Shown piece by piece: positions 21,601-28,920 of a stretch of DNA of 63,161 nucleotides. The DNA lies in sequence record DRR378314_1692; one strand, written 5' to 3'. The notes under the pieces were generated by a model. It worked only from the letters and a program-made list of their open reading frames with translations. It was not told the DNA's origin and did no database searches. Made by a program: the position numbers and the translations under genes. Position 1 is the first letter of the stretch. The number at the start of each line of letters is the position of its first letter.

Positions 21601-22506
21601 ATTCCAGCGGCATATACAATCGTGGAAGCCGGGCGAAGTGGGTCAACGGTGACGTTCGAGATTTACGCAGATCCGGATCGTGACATCTCAAGCGGCCTGG
21701 CATTTACCGCCGAGTTGGGTTTTGACCCCTTGGTTGCGACCTATGATACCGGATCGGAATCCGAGAACGCCGATTTCAATCTGTTTTTGGCAAACCCAAG
21801 CGAAGCTTCCGCGATCAGTTTTGCGGGAGCAGCCACAAGCTACGGGGATTTGTCGCAACCTGTTGTTACATTTTCGATGACCATTCAGGATGCGGCTCAG
21901 CCAATCGTATTGACCATGACCACCCCGGATGGGGGACCATCGCAGCTGCATCTTGGCACTAGTGGTGCCGACCTCCTGTCGGGGTCAAATGTCGACGACA
22001 TTCTTCGCGGTGGCGAGGGTGACGATATCATTGATCTATCAGGTGCGGGCCGTGACGTTGTTGTGTTCGAAGCCGATCCGGCAACCAATGGTGTCGATAG
22101 TATCCGCAATTTCACGCTCGGGCAGGCAGACGACGCATCGGATGCGTTTATGTTTCAAAACCTCGATACCAACACGCTACGCGGTGACGGCACCGGAGTT
22201 GAGTTGTTGATGGCCGGGGGGGCAATCGGCGCGAATACTGGTTTTGTCGGCCTGGCAACTGCGCTTGCCGATCTTGACGTCAATACAGTCACAAGTGCTG
22301 CCGAAAACCTGTCGGGTGCACAAGCAGGAGACGAGATTTATCTTCTTGCGACAGACGGCTCAGACAGCCTTTTGGTCAAAGTGGGCTATTCAAATTCAAA
22401 CACCGCTTCGGTTGAAACACTTGCGCAGTTTGACGGGCTCTCGGACCTAAGCGGGCTGACCTCTGAGAACATTCTGTTGACGGACCCGACCGGCGCTTCT
22501 GCCTGA
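18658..22506 (+). CDS. Large T1SS adhesin (BapA/LapA-like): N-terminal region, 8 Ig-like repeats, cohesin-like domain, RTX tail
   Basis: Gly/Ala stretch followed by DDDKDD; ~100-aa repeats with SGTT..GQ.V.V, G.W...P, D.AGN; RTX GGEGDDIID and GVDSIRNF. Directly upstream of sapC-tolC-ABC-MFP. Start ATG 18658 after GAGGG. Confidence 0.85.
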   Translation: MTKNTVSTENSNTEIQPYAQRKRHIHEWIEKKLGRWAKRGFAGGLGSTLMALPVLAQATDEQLESYQFAEAIPGVRAAKLLANGDVQLKLVDGRTVIVNAENVQILDNGTIMLADEVVGEIAEFSVASEAAGATATAGGVSGAGLALGGLGLAGAAAAAGGGGGGDDDKDDSEVPSVTPSPPRPPSLNLQELQTNELNNISSQSTTPEGTTSVEVTIGSITRTISPDADGGWSASLTSAEAAGLPQGISTVTIRHLDGSGTELSTETAQFDVDTVPPTLAITAFSAGTVLNTAEQGENLEISGTTDAENGQIVAVTVGGQTYQGAVSGGGWSITVPAADLAALPDGANVAVTADIADRAGNPADQATGAFDTDFSAPALTLNPIGGGSIDLADVGGDLVLTGTTTAENGQTVTVSFEGQDYVGAALGGNWSVTIPNADLSGLVTGTPASVLVVVNDAAGNPAAPVSASVPVDLTGPSIAIAPLSVGTVLNAVEVGSNLMVSGTTGNVTDGQQVTISLNGQTYTDLVSNGNWGVVIPSADLVALVDGGSFDLTADVTDADGLPAPQHSVNLTKDVSAPSLSIDSFSHGTVMNATERDADLTISGTTSAEGGQIVTVNLNGQTYSGVVTGGSWTATVPAADLAALSDGATVVATADVSDLAGNPSAQATGSFDTDFTPPALTISTLSSGPILIIAEQASDLIVSGTSDVSNGTQVTVQIVDSSGAVLSSGTASVSGGAWTYTAAAADLSGLQDGASYDVNASVSDAAGNANSTSTSFSTDLDAPTIALNPLSVGPVLDVIEQGNDLSVSGTTSADDGQTVTVSLNGTTYTSVVSGGGWNVVIPTADLLGLSDNDNYQITASVEDAAGNPASNALATLGTNFQPILSLNTPGTNSAVSLSDAQNTGLTISGGSTGLTGGQSVDVTLNSITIGSASVAADGSWSLAVPASAFAAIEAGDALGFSAQATVPGGSDPVPVSAEAFAHIPAAYTIVEAGRSGSTVTFEIYADPDRDISSGLAFTAELGFDPLVATYDTGSESENADFNLFLANPSEASAISFAGAATSYGDLSQPVVTFSMTIQDAAQPIVLTMTTPDGGPSQLHLGTSGADLLSGSNVDDILRGGEGDDIIDLSGAGRDVVVFEADPATNGVDSIRNFTLGQADDASDAFMFQNLDTNTLRGDGTGVELLMAGGAIGANTGFVGLATALADLDVNTVTSAAENLSGAQAGDEIYLLATDGSDSLLVKVGYSNSNTASVETLAQFDGLSDLSGLTSENILLTDPTGASA
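19210..21600 (+). repeat. Eight tandem ~300-bp repeats encoding bacterial Ig-like domains
   Basis: Repeat starts: PSLNL, PTLAI, PALTL, PSIAI, PSLSI, PALTI, PTIAL, PILSL; recurring W...P and D.AGN motifs. Confidence 0.8.
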
Positions 22507-22522
22507 ACCGCGGCGAGCAATT

Positions 22523-22549
22523 GGCGAAGTCACAAATCGTGACTCCGCC
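22523..22549 (+). other. Intercistronic stem-loop between the adhesin gene and sapC
   Basis: GGCG-A-AGTCAC-aaatc-GTGACT-C-CGCC. The position is typical of hairpins that stabilise the upstream cistron or attenuate the downstream ones (inference). Confidence 0.45.
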
Positions 22550-22570
22550 GCTTCTGTACAAGAGGATCAC

Positions 22571-23389
22571 ATGGCAGAGAACGGCCTTTTTCCGATCAGT
22601 GTACGGCGCCACAGCGATCGATACTGGCGCCGCTTCACATCCTATAGATTTGCAATGGGCATGGATGCCTGTCCGATCGTAAGCTCCGAGATATTTCAGA
22701 TAGCATCGTCCTTCCCGATCGCATTCAAGCTGCGGGAGGGAACTTACCTGCCGATGGCGATGTTCTCGGTTGATGCTGCATTGGCCACACCCATTGTTGA
22801 CCAACAGGGGCGTTGGCGCGCGCCATATATTCCGTCAGCGTTACGCTGCTACCCGTTTCAAACTGGGCCCACCAATATGCGCGACTGCCTGACCGGGGCA
22901 AGATTGTGCTTGTACGTAAACGAAAGCTCTGGATTGGTCACGCGTGATCCCCGGGACAATCCATTCTTTAGCAGTAGAAACAAACTGTCGCGAAATCTAT
23001 GTGATGTACTGCAATTCTTGCAGCTTCGGGAAGCCGCAGTGGTCGAGGCGCGCCGTCTCTGCTCATTAGTCGCAGAAATGGATTTATTTGTTCCACTTCA
23101 AGAACATGAAGGCACTACTTTACCTGAAAATTACTGGGGCATTGATGCGCAAAGGCTCTGTCGCCTGCCCGATGCTTACAAATTGACATTGATTTCCAGC
23201 GGCGCCCTACAACTCATCCACGCGCATCAGATCTCACTGTCCCATTTGAGCTGGCTGGCGCGCGCGCAGAATGAATTGCCCGGCAAACATGCATCCGCAA
23301 GCGATACGCTAAACGGGTTCTTAACTGCGATGGCCAATGATGAATCTCATGACCAAACAAGAGCGGAGATGATCCATGCGATGGGTTGA
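22571..23389 (+). CDS. sapC: SapC family protein
   Basis: SYRFA...PIV..EI..IASSFPIAF, W..PYIPSALRCYPF, GALQLIHAHQISL. Sits between the T1SS cargo and TolC, as is usual for SapC. AGAGGA RBS. Confidence 0.82.
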   Translation: MAENGLFPISVRRHSDRYWRRFTSYRFAMGMDACPIVSSEIFQIASSFPIAFKLREGTYLPMAMFSVDAALATPIVDQQGRWRAPYIPSALRCYPFQTGPTNMRDCLTGARLCLYVNESSGLVTRDPRDNPFFSSRNKLSRNLCDVLQFLQLREAAVVEARRLCSLVAEMDLFVPLQEHEGTTLPENYWGIDAQRLCRLPDAYKLTLISSGALQLIHAHQISLSHLSWLARAQNELPGKHASASDTLNGFLTAMANDESHDQTRAEMIHAMG

Positions 23390-24716
23390 CCATGTTTTTA
23401 AACCAATGTGTCTGCTGATCATTCTACTGCCAATCTGGGCCTGCACACCCACGCCGGATGTGACTCGCGTCGAAAGATCATTTTCAAGCCAAACGACGGG
23501 AGCGGGTGCTGTCGCACCATCAACCAACCTGACAAATAGCCCCTTTGGTCAACGCGTTCGGTCAGCAGTTCAAAACAGCCCCAACGTCGCACGGAGCGAC
23601 TCTGGGCTGGATATAGCAAAGGCAAACCGGGATGCAGCCCGAGGAGCATTTTTACCGCAGGTGTCATTGGGGCTACGCGCTGGCTCGGATCGGGCGTTAT
23701 CAACGGATGGAGAGGTTTCACCATATCTGCGCATATCGCAACTTGTCTACGACGGGGGTGCGGCGGCAAATGACCTAACGGCGGCTCATGCGCGCGTTCT
23801 TGAAAGCCGCGGGGATCAACTCCAGGCTGCCTCAGCCACGGCTTTGGCCGCGATCGAAACATATGTCATGGTGCTGGACCGAAGGGAGCTCCTGGATATC
23901 GCTCGTGGCAATGTTGAAGTTCACGAAGACATCGAGAAACAGATTACAGACCGGGTATCGGGCGGGCTTGGCTCGAACGCGGATATGCTTACAGCGCGGT
24001 CTCGCGTTGCCGATGCACGTACCCGTTTTGCTGACGCAAGGGCGCGTGTTGACCGGGCCGAGGCGCGGTTCCGAGAAGTTTTTGGCGCGCCGCCAGGAAA
24101 TTTACACCCTCCGCTTCCCGCGCCTGAATTGAGCCGCAGCGACAGTCAAATCGTATTGGACAGCCCTCAGGTTCGAAGAGCCAATGCCTCTGTGATCGCA
24201 TCACGAGCGGAACTGGCAGTCGCCCAGGCCCGACGTCATCCTGACATTCGTATTGCGGCATTTGCCGATCACGACGACTTTGAAACCGCTGATTTTGGAG
24301 TCGACTTGTCCGTGAACTATCAGCTGGACAGCACGGGCCAGCGGCGCGCTGCAATTACGGCAGCGGCCGCTCAGCTCGAACAGGTCGAGGCGGATCGTGA
24401 GTCATTGATCAGGGAGATTGGTCGAGAACTCGGATTTATCCGTTCGGACCAGAAAGCCGGTGCAGATCGTCTTCGCGAGGCGCGAATAGCTACGCAGGCC
24501 AACGCAGACAGTGTGGCGGCGGCAAGGGCGCAATTCACAATCGGGCGCCGGAGCCTGATCGAAATCTTGGATGCACAACGGGACTATGTGAACGCGCAGG
24601 AAAGATTGATCCTGGCGGAACAGAGCTTTTTCCTGACCAACTACGCGGCGTTAAGTTTGACCGGCGATATTCTTGACCTGCTGGGTATCAAGTTGAGCAA
24701 CTGGGGTGGATCATAG
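23376..24716 (+). CDS. TolC-family outer-membrane channel (LapE/AggA-like)
   Basis: Lipobox-like IWAC, FLPQVSL, SQLVYDGG, QFTIGRRSLIEILDAQ. Confidence 0.92.
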   Translation: MRWVDHVFKPMCLLIILLPIWACTPTPDVTRVERSFSSQTTGAGAVAPSTNLTNSPFGQRVRSAVQNSPNVARSDSGLDIAKANRDAARGAFLPQVSLGLRAGSDRALSTDGEVSPYLRISQLVYDGGAAANDLTAAHARVLESRGDQLQAASATALAAIETYVMVLDRRELLDIARGNVEVHEDIEKQITDRVSGGLGSNADMLTARSRVADARTRFADARARVDRAEARFREVFGAPPGNLHPPLPAPELSRSDSQIVLDSPQVRRANASVIASRAELAVAQARRHPDIRIAAFADHDDFETADFGVDLSVNYQLDSTGQRRAAITAAAAQLEQVEADRESLIREIGRELGFIRSDQKAGADRLREARIATQANADSVAAARAQFTIGRRSLIEILDAQRDYVNAQERLILAEQSFFLTNYAALSLTGDILDLLGIKLSNWGGS

Positions 24717-26848
24717 TGAAGGATGATCATGCCATATTAACGGCGCTGGAAAGCTGCCTGTTAAATGTTGCGACTGCGCTCGAACGACCATTGGCCGCTG
24801 CAACTCTGCACGCGTCCCGATCCGGAGAAGCTGATAAACTAACGGTCCGTGATGCAATTGCAGTAGCACAGAGCGCGGGGTTGCAGGTTGGTTTTGGCGC
24901 TCAGAAGCTAAAGGCATTTGACACGGCGCTGGCCCCGGCGGTCCTGCTGATGAAGGACGACCGTGCCGTTGTTTATCACGGTCGGTCGAAATCGGGTGGA
25001 TTAATACTCTATGACCCGGCGTTGGGTAATGGCCTCGGCGAGGTTTTAGAAAGCGACCTTCGTGAAAGCTATACGGGTTATGCCCTTCTGTTCCGGCGTT
25101 TGCACCAAGACGAGACCGAGCCATCTAAACCCGAGTACAGTGGGCACTGGTTCTGGTCCGCCCTCTCTGCGAACCGGTGGTCTTATGCTCAGGTGGCGAT
25201 GGCTGCGGCGATGGCGAATATATTGGGCCTTTCCACTTCGGTTTTCATAATGATCGTCTATGACCGGGTATTGCCGAACGAAGCGACTGAGTCTCTCATA
25301 GCCTTGACCCTTGGTGTGTGTCTGGCCCTGGTGTTTGACTTTGCGCTAAAACTATTACGCGCCGGTTTTATTGATCGCGCAGGGCAACGGGCTGATAAGT
25401 TCATGGGGCGCCGGATATTCGATCAGATGCTGAATATCCGCATGACCGCCCGCACCGGTTCAACCGGAGCGATGGCCAGCACGGTACGAGAATTCGAAAC
25501 TTTGCGTGAGTTTTTCACCTCAGCCACGTTAGTTGCAGTCGTGGACCTGCCGTTCATCGCGATTTTCATTCTCACAATTTACTTGGTTGGTGGTCCTTTG
25601 GCGTTGGTTCCGGCACTTGCCGTACCCATTGTGTTACTAAGTGGGCTGGCAATCCAACCTATGTTGGCACGGCTCGCCGAGAAAAGCTTTGCGGACGGTC
25701 AATCAAAACAATCTGTACTTGTCGAAGCTGTATCGGGGCTTGAAACGATCAAAACTACGACCGCGGGTCGCCAAATGCGAACCCGCTGGGAAAACGCAAT
25801 CGAGCGTCAGTCAGAACATGGGACACGCAGTCGTGCCATTACTCAATTTGCCTTGAATCTGACCGGGTTTACGCAGCAGGCCGCACAAGTATTGATCGTG
25901 TTTTATGGTGTGTTTCTTATCACCGACGGCCAAACCAGTATGGGTGCACTTATCGCATCGGTTATGCTGACTGGCCGAGCGTTGGCACCATTGGGGCAAC
26001 TGGCGCAAACTCTGACGCGGGTCAATCACGCGCGTAGCGCATTTCGCAATCTCGACAAACTCATGCGGGCAGATACCGAACGACCCGAAGGCCGTTCATG
26101 GGTTAGCCGACCCAAGGTTTCTGGCCGCATCGCGTTCAACAATGTTCATTTCGCCTACCCAGATCAGCAGGATGACGCACTAAAGGGTGTTTCCTTTACG
26201 ATCGAACCAGGAGAGAGGGTCGCAATCCTTGGCCAGATCGGGTCGGGAAAAAGTACAATCACGCGTTTACTGCAAGGCCTTTATCAACCCCGTGTGGGTT
26301 CAGTTACACTGGACGGGCTGGATATTCGCCAGATTGATCCGGGTGATTTGCGGCGCAACATCGGTTCTGTTCTGCAAGATATTTGGTTGTTCTCAGGCTC
26401 TCTGAGGGAAAATATCAGCAGTGGCATGATACGTCCGCGTGACAGTGATTTGATCCGCGCTGGTCGGATCGCCGGGGTTGAAGAGTTCGTAGCCAAGCAC
26501 CCTCGGGGTTATGATCAGCACATTTCTGAACGGTGCGAAGGTCTATCGGGTGGTCAACGACAAGCGGTTGCGCTGGCCCGGGCGCTAATCGGTCGCCCTC
26601 CGGTGCTGGTTCTGGATGAGCCAACCAGCGCGATGGATATCAAATCCGAGGCTGAGACAATCAAAAGGTTGGAAACGGCAACGCAGGATACCACAATGGT
26701 GATCGTGACACATCGCACCAGCTTATTGGACCTGGTGGACCGGGTCATCGTGATTGAAGACGGGAAAGTCGGTATGGACGGACCCAAAGCCATTCTTGCG
26801 CAATATGTTCGCAAACCCGGGAGGCATCTGAATGTCGCGGCATCCTGA
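24716..26848 (+). CDS. Type I secretion ABC permease/ATPase with N-terminal C39-like domain (LapB/LssB family)
   Basis: ~140-aa N-terminal extension (PAVLL, YDP), HWFWS, VYDRVLPN, GQIGSGKS, LSGGQRQ, LDEPTSAMD. GTG start overlaps the tolC stop. Confidence 0.93.
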   Translation: MKDDHAILTALESCLLNVATALERPLAAATLHASRSGEADKLTVRDAIAVAQSAGLQVGFGAQKLKAFDTALAPAVLLMKDDRAVVYHGRSKSGGLILYDPALGNGLGEVLESDLRESYTGYALLFRRLHQDETEPSKPEYSGHWFWSALSANRWSYAQVAMAAAMANILGLSTSVFIMIVYDRVLPNEATESLIALTLGVCLALVFDFALKLLRAGFIDRAGQRADKFMGRRIFDQMLNIRMTARTGSTGAMASTVREFETLREFFTSATLVAVVDLPFIAIFILTIYLVGGPLALVPALAVPIVLLSGLAIQPMLARLAEKSFADGQSKQSVLVEAVSGLETIKTTTAGRQMRTRWENAIERQSEHGTRSRAITQFALNLTGFTQQAAQVLIVFYGVFLITDGQTSMGALIASVMLTGRALAPLGQLAQTLTRVNHARSAFRNLDKLMRADTERPEGRSWVSRPKVSGRIAFNNVHFAYPDQQDDALKGVSFTIEPGERVAILGQIGSGKSTITRLLQGLYQPRVGSVTLDGLDIRQIDPGDLRRNIGSVLQDIWLFSGSLRENISSGMIRPRDSDLIRAGRIAGVEEFVAKHPRGYDQHISERCEGLSGGQRQAVALARALIGRPPVLVLDEPTSAMDIKSEAETIKRLETATQDTTMVIVTHRTSLLDLVDRVIVIEDGKVGMDGPKAILAQYVRKPGRHLNVAAS

Positions 26849-28142
26849 ACTAAGGCAGCTGGCCCGAGAAATGCAGGGACGGGCACCGCTTCGGGGTTCT
26901 CTTCTATTGTTCCTGATCCTGGGGTGCATCATTTCTGCAGTAGCGTGGGCTAAGTTCACTGAGCTGGACGATGTCGTCCGTGCAGATGGCCGCATTGTTC
27001 CATCTGGCGATGTCCAGATTATTGAAGCCACCGAACCGGGTGTTTTGCAATCGCTGTATGTACGCGAAGGGATGGTGGTCGAAGCCGAAACTTTGCTGAT
27101 GGAGCTCGACAGCAACCAGATCGAACGCGAATTAAACCAGGAACAACAGCGCGCCTATGCTCTGATGGCTCGCGCACAGCGGCTGCAAGCGGAAATCGAT
27201 GAGACGGCTTTGCAGTTTGACAATAGCTTGTTGAGTGAGGCCCCCAGCGTCGTGCAATCGGAAACGGCGCTTTATCGGGGCCGGCAGGCCGAACTTGAAT
27301 CCGAAATCGCCATTCTGAACCGGCAGCGCGAGCAAAGGCAACGCGAATACGAAGAAGGTTTGGTTGATCAGGTGACAACAACTGAGACACTAAATGTTCT
27401 CGCCGAAGAACGTGCAATGATGGTGCCCTTGGTCGAACAACGCATGGAACCCGTAACTACATTGCTGGCATTGCGTCGTACTGAGGCCGAGTGGACTGGC
27501 CGAAAAACCAGGGCCGAGGCCGTGATCAGCCGCCTGAAGGCCGGTCTTGATGAAATTGATGACAGGGTTAGTGCCACGCGCAGCAGATTCCGAAGTGCCG
27601 CCCTTACGGATCTGGCATTGGTCACGGCTGAGCTGTCGGCGTTGCAACCTGCCCTGCCTGCATTGCGGGATCGGGTTTCACGCGCGCAAATTCGTGCACC
27701 GGTTAGGGGTATTGTGAACCGAATTCACCGAACAACAATCGGCGGATTGGCACGTAGTGGTGAAAAACTGATTGAAATCGTCCCTCTAGATGACCGGTTG
27801 TTGGTTGAGGCCTATGTTCGCCCCAAGGACATCGCATTCCTGCATGCAGGTCAACAGGTTAAGATAAAGATCACAGCCTATGATTTCTCCCGATACGGCA
27901 GCTTGGACGGTGAGATTATTCGCATTGGGGCCGATGCGATCACGCGTACTGAACGGAGCGAAGAAGAGGTCTTTGCAGTCGAAATTCAGACCTCGGATAC
28001 CATGCTGGATGGGTCTGGGATAGCGGTCGAGATAATTCCCGGGATGATTGCCGAAGTTGATATCCTTGCAGGCCGAAAAACGGTGCTGGATTACCTGCTC
28101 CAACCGGTTCTAAAAATCAAGAACCGGGCCTTGCGTGACTGA
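26832..28142 (+). CDS. Type I secretion membrane-fusion protein (LapC/HlyD family)
   Basis: Single TM, ADGRIVP, IRAPVRGIV, KITAYDFSRYG, IIPGM.AEVDI, VLDYLLQP. Confidence 0.93.
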   Translation: MSRHPELRQLAREMQGRAPLRGSLLLFLILGCIISAVAWAKFTELDDVVRADGRIVPSGDVQIIEATEPGVLQSLYVREGMVVEAETLLMELDSNQIERELNQEQQRAYALMARAQRLQAEIDETALQFDNSLLSEAPSVVQSETALYRGRQAELESEIAILNRQREQRQREYEEGLVDQVTTTETLNVLAEERAMMVPLVEQRMEPVTTLLALRRTEAEWTGRKTRAEAVISRLKAGLDEIDDRVSATRSRFRSAALTDLALVTAELSALQPALPALRDRVSRAQIRAPVRGIVNRIHRTTIGGLARSGEKLIEIVPLDDRLLVEAYVRPKDIAFLHAGQQVKIKITAYDFSRYGSLDGEIIRIGADAITRTERSEEEVFAVEIQTSDTMLDGSGIAVEIIPGMIAEVDILAGRKTVLDYLLQPVLKIKNRALRD

Positions 28143-28170
28143 GGAGGCCAGCGCACTGGGGTTCGAACGA

Positions 28171-28201
28171 TTATCGGCCAGCGTTATTGGCTAGCCGATA
28201 A
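28171..28201. terminator. Probable bidirectional terminator between convergent genes
   Basis: TTATCGGC.AGC ... GCT.GCCGATAA inverted repeat between the MFP and response regulator stops. Confidence 0.6.
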
Positions 28202-28218
28202 AATTATGAACCTGATAC

Positions 28219-28920
28219 TTACCGCCACTTTACATCGCCCAGAAAGATGTACCCTGCCCCGTATATTGTTTTGATCAGGCGTGGATTTTTGGGGTCCTCT
28301 CCCAGTTTTGTCCGCAACCGCGATATGCGCACATCCATCGCTCGATCAAAGCTGTCACCGGCACCCCCACCCAACATCTCTTGCATTCGTGCCCGGCTTA
28401 TCAAGCGTTTGGGGCTTTCGAGGAAGAGGCGCAGGACTTCGCCCTCGGCGTGACTGAACGGTGTCTCGGCACCATCGTCAGCAATCAGAACATATCGGTC
28501 AAAATGGGCAATCCATCCGTTGAATTCGGCGGCATCAGAACTTTGTACTGCAGGGCCGGTTGAACGCAGGCGTGCGCGGACACGCGCAATAACCTCTGCA
28601 GGGTCGAATGGCTTGGTGATATAATCATCTGCGCCAAGCTCCAGCCCGGTTACCCGATCTTGAACCTGTGCCCGGCCCGAAATGATGATGACGGCGGCCC
28701 CCTGCTCCAGCGCCAATCGATGCACCAACGCCAGCCCGTCAGTATCGGGCAGCGACAAATCCACAAGACAAACATCCGGTGTGACCCGTTTCAGCGAGGC
28801 TTCGAACTCGCGCGCGCGGGCAAAGCTCTGAGTACGAAATCCGGCGTCCTCCAAGGCGTCTGTCAGGATCCGACGTATCTCTGGCTCATCATCAAGAATG
28901 GTCACCAATGGTTGGGTCAT
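28219..28920 (-). CDS. OmpR-family response regulator
   Basis: LDDE, phospho-Asp in VDLSLPD, GADDYITKPF, winged helix DRAMDVRISRLR..IKTIYGAGY. Confidence 0.95.
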   Translation of the reverse strand: MTQPLVTILDDEPEIRRILTDALEDAGFRTQSFARAREFEASLKRVTPDVCLVDLSLPDTDGLALVHRLALEQGAAVIIISGRAQVQDRVTGLELGADDYITKPFDPAEVIARVRARLRSTGPAVQSSDAAEFNGWIAHFDRYVLIADDGAETPFSHAEGEVLRLFLESPKRLISRARMQEMLGGGAGDSFDRAMDVRISRLRTKLGEDPKNPRLIKTIYGAGYIFLGDVKWR

